From positions 30,001 to 62,000 of the forward strand of contig JBAZYK010000011.1 of assembly GCA_041659405.1 (NCBI GenBank): a stretch of 32,000 nt of DNA, in the 5' to 3' direction. This DNA is from Candidatus Altimarinota bacterium (GTDB taxonomy: Bacteria; Patescibacteriota; Gracilibacteria; UBA1369). The position numbers and the translations under genes are program-made. How positions within the stretch are numbered: the first letter of the stretch is position 1; the number at the start of each line of letters is the position of its first letter. The notes under the pieces are model-generated. The model did not search any database, had not been told where the DNA came from, and saw only the letters and a program-made list of their open reading frames with translations. This document shows, piece by piece, positions 27,511-32,000 of this stretch.

Positions 27511-28366
27511 TTCTGGCCAAAGCCACACTTGTAAGTCTGGTATAAATTTGAGTTGTGCGGATACTGCTGTGCCCCAAAAGCTCCTGCAAATAACGAATAT
27601 CCACACCATTTTCCAGCAAATGAGTCGCAAAACTGTGCCGCAACGCATGAAATCCGGCAATTTTATTGATCCCCGCTTTTTGCATAGCCTGCAAAAAAAC
27701 TTTCTGAGCCGTTCGCGAATGCAACTTCCCTCCCCTCTGGCTTTCAAAAACAAAATCGCCCAAACTCTTACCAAAAATAAACGCCTTCAATTCATCTTTT
27801 ATTTTACCCGGCATCACCGAAAGACGATCCTTGCCACCTTTTCCTTTTCGCACACAAACAAGCACACGCTCAAAATCCAAATCAGCCACCTTCAAATTAA
27901 CAACCTCACTCACCCGCAAACCAGATCCATAAGCCAAAGAAAGCATTAACCGATGTTTCTGATTTTTAAGAGCTGCCAGTAGTGCCAAAATCTCTTCCTT
28001 CAAGAAAACAACAGGCAAACGCCGAGATCTTTTCGCAAACTTTAAAGGAATTTGTGTTTGATTCTTCAGCACCTCCCGATAAAAAAATTTAATCGAATTC
28101 AAATAAAGATTCACCGTTTGCGGAGCAAAGCCCTTATCGTGCTTCCACAAAAGAAAAGTCCGAATTTTCTCGACATCCAAAATTTCAATATTAGAGCCCG
28201 CTTCGCAAGCAGTAGCAATAGTCATATCCTGCGGCCCCAAAGCTCTGGAATCATTTTTCAAAAATGCCAAAAACACACTCAAACATGACCGATAAGCCTT
28301 AGCCGTCCGCTGACTATGCCCACGAAGCTTCACTTCCTCCACCAAACGATCCAAATAATATTTCAT
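27494..28366 (-). CDS. tyrosine recombinase, integron-integrase-like but lacking the IntI-specific insertion
   Basis: 290 aa. The catalytic set lies in ..GLRVSE.. (R), GKGGKDR (K), HALRHSFATHLL (H-x-x-R), LLGHSS (H) and IYTRL (Y). It shares RRLPVV, KVADLDF, GKGxKDR and the C-terminal (I/V)RSPL with IntI1 as I recall that sequence. The spacing from KDR to LRH is 60 aa here, against roughly 100 aa in IntI1. Confidence 0.85.
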   Translation of the reverse strand: MKYYLDRLVEEVKLRGHSQRTAKAYRSCLSVFLAFLKNDSRALGPQDMTIATACEAGSNIEILDVEKIRTFLLWKHDKGFAPQTVNLYLNSIKFFYREVLKNQTQIPLKFAKRSRRLPVVFLKEEILALLAALKNQKHRLMLSLAYGSGLRVSEVVNLKVADLDFERVLVCVRKGKGGKDRLSVMPGKIKDELKAFIFGKSLGDFVFESQRGGKLHSRTAQKVFLQAMQKAGINKIAGFHALRHSFATHLLENGVDIRYLQELLGHSSIRTTQIYTRLTSVALARIRSPL

Positions 28367-28508
28367 AACTTTTTTATTATAAAACTAAAGACCCCCAAAG
28401 AAGACTCAATGGAGGTCGGTAGCAAGATGCTACGGAAGAAGAATTGCCAATAACATTGTAGTATTTTTCATTGTTCATGGTCAATTTAAAATTTTTAGTG
28501 CTAGCCCG

Positions 28509-28577
28509 TGGTGGAGATAAGGGGAATTGAACCCCTGGAAGATGAATGGCAATTCCTCCTCCGCGCCTGCTATCCCC
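28509..28577 (-). ncRNA. 69-nt tRNA-Ala-like minihelix (acceptor plus T arm, non-tRNA core), CCA encoded
   Basis: Minus strand: GGGGAUA-GCAGGCGC-GGAGGA-AUUGCCAUUCA-UCUUCC-AGGGG-UUCAAUU-CCCCU-UAUCUCC-A-CCA. The acceptor has a G3-U70 pair and the T arm is canonical, but there are no D or anticodon arms. It could be a functional tRNA-like RNA, a tmRNA-TLD-like relic or an att remnant. Confidence 0.4.
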
Positions 28578-28717
28578 GCCCAAGGCCAGCTGAGAACAAA
28601 ATACACAAAAAACATTAAAAAATTCTAAACCCAAAATGAAAAAAACTTAAAAAACATCACTTCCCAAAACCCACCATTCTCTGCTACTATCGCGCCATAA
28701 AGCACCGCAAGACACTA

Positions 28718-28913
28718 GTTGTGCAACAAGTTGCTCACGCGTTTATTAATCAATCTTCCTAAAACTCAAAAAAACCTGGAAAAGTAAGAAGCTCCCGGTC
28801 TGTTCGCAACTCATCGCACAACAGCACACATGCGGTTCGCTGGCTTTCGGCTAATCCAAGGCACAAACTGCTCTTCAAAAAGGTTTAAGAAACCTATAAA
28901 TCTCAAGAAAACT
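28718..28913 (+). repeat. 196-bp perfect direct repeat, copy 1 (start of cassette 1)
   Basis: Identical base for base to 31805-32000 (offset 3087 bp). Identity begins exactly at the GTT of the junction and is cut only by the window end. Confidence 0.95.
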
Positions 28914-29002
28914 CTCACGCTCTCCCAACTTATTTGCAGCAGTCGCCCTTCGGGCATATTATACCGCTGCCAATAAGTTCGCATGGCGTGCGAACGTTAG
29001 CT
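28816..29002 (+). repeat. attC-like site 1 (long variant)
   Basis: Inverse core GCACAAC (28816-28822) is the exact complement of cassette-1 start GTTGTGC (28718-28724). Then A, then L-stem GCACACATGC (28824-33) pairing with GCATGGCGTGC (28981-91). GGTTCGC lies at 28834-40, GAAC at 28992-95 and G|TT at 28996. Confidence 0.65.
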
Positions 29003-29044
29003 GCCATACTCCCTGCGTGAAATTTTAATCTTAATAAAAAAACT

Positions 29045-29350
29045 ATGAAATTATCCACAATTTACAACGCAGCTCTGGAAAAAGCCGACGCAGATGCGGC
29101 AGAAGTCATGATGCGCATGAGTCCAAAGTTAGGTTTAAGTAATCTTGACGACCTTCAAGGTAAAAAAAATCGACAAGAAGCCTTAGAAAGAGTTAATTTT
29201 GTTTATAATTTATCTGGTCCCATTGGAAAAATTGGATTTAGAGTCATAGAAGAAATAAGGGCAATAGATTGGGGTGATCGAATGGAAGAATTTCATGGAA
29301 TAAACCAACAGGAATGGTATAAAGAACTTGGCAATTTCCAAAAAAATTAA
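29045..29350 (+). CDS. hypothetical protein (101 aa), cassette 2
   Basis: ORF track. It starts 48 nt after the cassette boundary and ends 20 nt before attC-like site 2. No recognisable motif. Confidence 0.55.
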   Translation: MKLSTIYNAALEKADADAAEVMMRMSPKLGLSNLDDLQGKKNRQEALERVNFVYNLSGPIGKIGFRVIEEIRAIDWGDRMEEFHGINQQEWYKELGNFQKN

Positions 29351-29370
29351 AATTTCCCTCCGGTCGTACA

Positions 29371-29487
29371 GCAGCTAACAGCGCCCAACCGGTTCGCCCT
29401 GCGGGGCTCTCCCAAATTTTGTGGCGGTGAGTCGCTCCGCTCCCAATTATACCGCCACAAAACTTCGGTTAGGCGCGGACGTTATAT
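29371..29487 (+). repeat. attC-like site 2
   Basis: Inverse core GCAGCTAAC (29371-79) is the exact complement of cassette-2 start GTTAGCTGC (28996-29004). Then A, then L-stem GCGCCCAACC (29381-90) pairing with GGTTAGGCGC (29467-76). GGTTCGC lies at 29391-97, GGAC at 29477-80 and G|TT at 29481. Confidence 0.65.
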
Positions 29488-29627
29488 GAAATATGCTTTT
29501 CTTTTTACGGCTAACGCCTTACACTTTTCTATAATGAACAAATTTTATTTTTAATTTTTTAGAGGGGGTATATGGTATTTTTTCCGCTACGCTCCGAAAA
29601 TGATTTATTAAATATAATTAAAAACAT

Positions 29628-30593
29628 ATGAAAAACGAAGTAGAAATTTTTGATGAAGAAAATACAATCGTCATTGACGATGAATATACAACTAATACTT
29701 TTGAATTTTTTCCTGACGAGAAAAAATTCAAGATCGATGTGAGTATCAAAGATGATTTTCATCATAATTATTCAACAATTGAATATAAAATTTCAGATGA
29801 TCCTATTAATTTAAAAATGCGTACGATAGAGCTTTTTCATGAATTTATAGGCGGGAAAAGTGATTCAATAAAAGACGGGGTTGTCTTGGAATCGGAACTC
29901 AGAAAAGATAAATTTAATAACCAAGAAAGAATAGACGATTTGAAAAAAGAAGTAGAGTGGTCAAATGTTGTCATATTCGGCAACCCCGAAGTCAATCTTT
30001 ATATTCTATCTAAACACCCAGAGATAATCTCAAAAGATGATTATAGGAAATTTTTGCGTCAGTCTATAGAGAGAATTAGAGATGGCGTTGCTAAAGTAAA
30101 AGAAATAGTAAAAACTGATTTTCATGGATTGGAAATCCATACGGGCGACCATGGAATGAGTATTTGGTATCCAGACAATGAATCGGAAAAGAAAGAAAGT
30201 GAGGCATATTGGGATTTACCGAAAGATAAGCGTGATAATTCTGCCTATGGTAAGAAGCTAAAATATGTCGAGGATTTTAATAAATCGCTTTTTGATGAAA
30301 AATCTTCAAGTTATGTTGGCATTTCTGAAATTGAGTTTAGAAGTAGTGATGAAATAGTTGAATATGTCCAAAAACTACTTGATAAAAAAGACGAGCCCGC
30401 TAAAAAAGAAGTTAAACCTAAAATTTCAAAAACAAAAGGATTTATTATTTCTCTGTTTATAACACTTATTCTTTCATGGGTTGTAAGCTGGTTTGTGGAT
30501 ATACACCCATTTTTGATTTTTATAATCGTGCAAGTTATCGCATTTGCACAAAGCATAATTGGTGGTTGGCTAGAAAAAATATTAGAAAAATAA
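29628..30593 (+). CDS. hypothetical protein with two C-terminal TM helices (321 aa), cassette 3 gene 1
   Basis: ORF track. Acidic, K/E/D-rich soluble part, then GFIISLFITLILSWVVSWFV and PFLIFIIVQVIAFAQSIIGGWL. AT-rich codon usage unlike the flanking chromosome. Confidence 0.65.
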   Translation: MKNEVEIFDEENTIVIDDEYTTNTFEFFPDEKKFKIDVSIKDDFHHNYSTIEYKISDDPINLKMRTIELFHEFIGGKSDSIKDGVVLESELRKDKFNNQERIDDLKKEVEWSNVVIFGNPEVNLYILSKHPEIISKDDYRKFLRQSIERIRDGVAKVKEIVKTDFHGLEIHTGDHGMSIWYPDNESEKKESEAYWDLPKDKRDNSAYGKKLKYVEDFNKSLFDEKSSSYVGISEIEFRSSDEIVEYVQKLLDKKDEPAKKEVKPKISKTKGFIISLFITLILSWVVSWFVDIHPFLIFIIVQVIAFAQSIIGGWLEKILEK

Positions 30594-30606
30594 AATAGGT
30601 AATCGC

Positions 30607-31593
30607 ATGAATCAAAACGATTTGAAAATCATAGAAATTGGTCATCAAATCAGGGATCTCTTTAATAATTCCACAATAAAAAAGACACAGGTTTATTCAA
30701 GAAAACAAAGTGGCGATTGGAATCAATTTTGTGCAGCATTAGATACACTTGAAGATACCTGCTTAGCGATAGAGAATTTTCAAAAAGATTCGAATAATTT
30801 ATTTATAAAAAATCCATATTTAGCAACTTACGGACTTTTGCAGGCTCTTTTTATCCAACAAGACGCTGTAAATTTTTTAAAAATATCCTTATTTGGTATA
30901 AGCAATAAAATTGATTGGAAGGACAAAAAATATTCAGAACTTTTTAAAATTAGGCAAGTCAGAAACGAAACCATAGGACACCCCGTAAAAAAGGAGAACA
31001 AAGGCAATAAATCAAAGTATGAAAATGACGAAATCACCTCTTGCACCATTGATCGCTCATCTTTGAGCAAAGACGGTTTTAGATACATGTTATGGATGCA
31101 CTCAAAAACAGAAAGCAAAACGATAAAATTTACGGACATCATCAGTCAACAAGATAAATATCTCGGAAATGAATTAGAAATTGTTATGAAAGAAATTCAA
31201 AAAGAAGAGAATCAACATAAAACAAAATTTAAAAATGAAAAATTGGCCGATTTGTTAAATAAACCTTCTCTGTACCAGATAAATCATATTTATGGCGTTC
31301 AATGGAATGACCATTTAGCATGGCCTAGTTTTAATCATTATCACGAATTATACAAAAAAATAAGAAAGAGTTTAGAAGATCGCTATGGTAAATTTGGCGA
31401 AACTTTGAGGATTCCTGGAACGGAAGAAGTAATCAAAAAATTAGATTATGTATTTGGCAAAATTGAAACATTTCAAAAAACTGGTAATTTTGAAAATTAC
31501 GAACTTGAGGTTTATATTGACGCTCTTGACGCTGGAATTAACGAGTTAAAAACTCATTTAGTAGAAGTTGATCAAGAATTTGAAATACAATAA
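30607..31593 (+). CDS. hypothetical protein with an RNxxxxH (HEPN-like) motif (328 aa), cassette 3 gene 2
   Basis: ORF track. AGGTAA sits 8 nt upstream of the ATG, and the gene begins 13 nt after gene 1. FKIRQVRNETIGHPVK fits the HEPN Rx4-6H pattern with the polar residue after R. This is a motif-level call only. Confidence 0.6.
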   Translation: MNQNDLKIIEIGHQIRDLFNNSTIKKTQVYSRKQSGDWNQFCAALDTLEDTCLAIENFQKDSNNLFIKNPYLATYGLLQALFIQQDAVNFLKISLFGISNKIDWKDKKYSELFKIRQVRNETIGHPVKKENKGNKSKYENDEITSCTIDRSSLSKDGFRYMLWMHSKTESKTIKFTDIISQQDKYLGNELEIVMKEIQKEENQHKTKFKNEKLADLLNKPSLYQINHIYGVQWNDHLAWPSFNHYHELYKKIRKSLEDRYGKFGETLRIPGTEEVIKKLDYVFGKIETFQKTGNFENYELEVYIDALDAGINELKTHLVEVDQEFEIQ

Positions 31594-31596
31594 GGA

Positions 31597-31648
31597 GTCT
31601 TGGCTTCGGGGCATTCACCCCCCAGCCCCTCTGCCCCTACGCCAAGAC
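31597..31648 (+). other. GC-rich hairpin immediately after the cassette-3 ORFs
   Basis: gtcttggc (31597-31604) pairs with gccaagac (31641-31648), with an inner gggg-cattca-cccc. It is followed by an A-rich rather than a T-rich tract, so it is not a canonical terminator. Confidence 0.35.
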
Positions 31649-31711
31649 AAAAATAAAATTTGTTAATTACAAAAAAGTGCCGACTATCGTCGGAAAAAAG
31701 AAAAGCATACA

Positions 31712-31811
31712 TCATATAGCAGCGTATATCTGGTTCGCGCTTGGCTAACGCCAAATGCTCACCCATATTGCTCCCTACGGTCGCAACATCAGATATGCGC
31801 GAACGTTGTGC
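31712..31811 (+). repeat. attC-like site 3
   Basis: Inverse core TCATATAGC (31712-20) complements cassette-3 start GTTATATGA (29481-89) with one G-T pair. The extended match is GCATACATCATATAGC against the complement of GTTATATGAAATATGC, 13 of 16. Then A, then L-stem GCGTATATCT (31722-31) pairing with AGATATGCGC (31791-800). GGTTCGC lies at 31732-38, GAAC at 31801-04 and G|TT at 31805. Confidence 0.65.
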
Positions 31812-32000
31812 AACAAGTTGCTCACGCGTTTATTAATCAATCTTCCTAAAACTCAAAAAAACCTGGAAAAGTAAGAAGCTCCCGGTCTGTTCGCAACTCA
31901 TCGCACAACAGCACACATGCGGTTCGCTGGCTTTCGGCTAATCCAAGGCACAAACTGCTCTTCAAAAAGGTTTAAGAAACCTATAAATCTCAAGAAAACT
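31805..32000 (+). repeat. 196-bp perfect direct repeat, copy 2 (start of cassette 4, a duplicate of cassette 1)
   Basis: Identical to 28718-28913. Truncated by the window end. Confidence 0.95.

Larger units (their letters stand above)
28719..32000 (+). mobile_element. integron-like gene-cassette array: cassette 1 28719-28996, cassette 2 28997-29481, cassette 3 29482-31805, cassette 4 31806 to beyond 32000
   Basis: The boundaries are placed at the G|TT of a conserved junction: gcgtgcGAACG|TTagc, gcgcgGACG|TTata, gcgcGAACG|TTgtg. The attI-like junction is cactaG|TTgtg at 28718. All ORFs and all sites share one orientation, divergent from the recombinase gene. Confidence 0.7.

Noticed and set aside
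26696-28366. Classical genomic island integrated at tRNA-Ser(GGA) with the recombinase as its integrase.
   Set aside because: I found no duplicate of the tRNA-Ser 3' end downstream. Only a 6-7-nt ctctcc similarity occurs inside the attC-like sites. The recombinase is better explained by the adjacent cassette array.
28377-28634. 85-aa minus-strand ORF, and the 64-aa ORF at 31572..31766.
   Set aside because: They are read through the tRNA-like element and through attC-like site 3 respectively. Their sequences are low-complexity and are explained by the structured DNA/RNA elements.
28509-28900. Full-length tmRNA (ssrA) ending at the tRNA-Ala-like T arm and CCA.
   Set aside because: The matching 5' acceptor strand GGGGATA lies only 69 nt upstream. 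No alternative acceptor partner, tag reading frame or pseudoknot region is visible further upstream. The element is therefore kept only as a tRNA-like minihelix.
28718-32000. The 196-bp identical repeat as a contig wrap-around or assembly artefact, or a random tandem duplication.
   Set aside because: This is not fully excluded. It is disfavoured because identity begins exactly at the GTT of a junction motif that also occurs at two internal, non-duplicated positions with the same flanking architecture. Read-level validation is listed under the main finding.

Overview
Gene-dense, moderately AT-rich bacterial chromosome segment. It resembles a small-genome CPR/Patescibacteria-type organism, but that is inference from gene content only. 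About 27 kb is mostly housekeeping. It holds a minus-strand pABA/folate operon (pabB, two acidic unknowns, pabC, one acidic unknown, folP running off the left edge). It also holds ndk, an M16 peptidase, a PBP2/FtsI-type transpeptidase, and a fold-type-III PLP decarboxylase convergent with an ATP-grasp enzyme. Further genes are tRNA-Trp, a 587-aa cysteine-rich repeat protein, a sortase-cupin operon, ribosomal proteins L33 and L28, an LTD-cohesin-FN3-dockerin surface protein cluster, mscL, an M50 protease and tRNA-Ser. RNA highlights are a tRNA-Thr(GGU) split by a 199-nt group-I-like intron, and a duplicated tRNA 3' end that brackets a single ORF6N gene. The main candidate system lies at 27.5-32.0 kb. 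A 290-aa tyrosine recombinase has IntI-type motifs but lacks the roughly 40-aa IntI-specific insertion. It is divergently oriented to an array of at least four cassettes. Each cassette ends at a conserved G(A/G)AC-G|TT junction inside a long, covarying attC-like hairpin site. The first bases of each cassette are complementary to an inverse-core element near that same cassette's 3' end. Cassette 1 (278 bp, no ORF of 60 codons or more) recurs identically as cassette 4. Cassette 3 is visibly AT-richer and carries a two-gene module: a protein with two C-terminal TM helices plus a protein with an RNxxxxH HEPN-like motif. A 69-nt tRNA-Ala-like minihelix sits in the attI-like region. I read this as a non-canonical integron-like cassette platform. 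It needs computational and read-level confirmation. Several GC-rich long hairpins and a 580-bp ORF-poor region with a tandem repeat remain unexplained.
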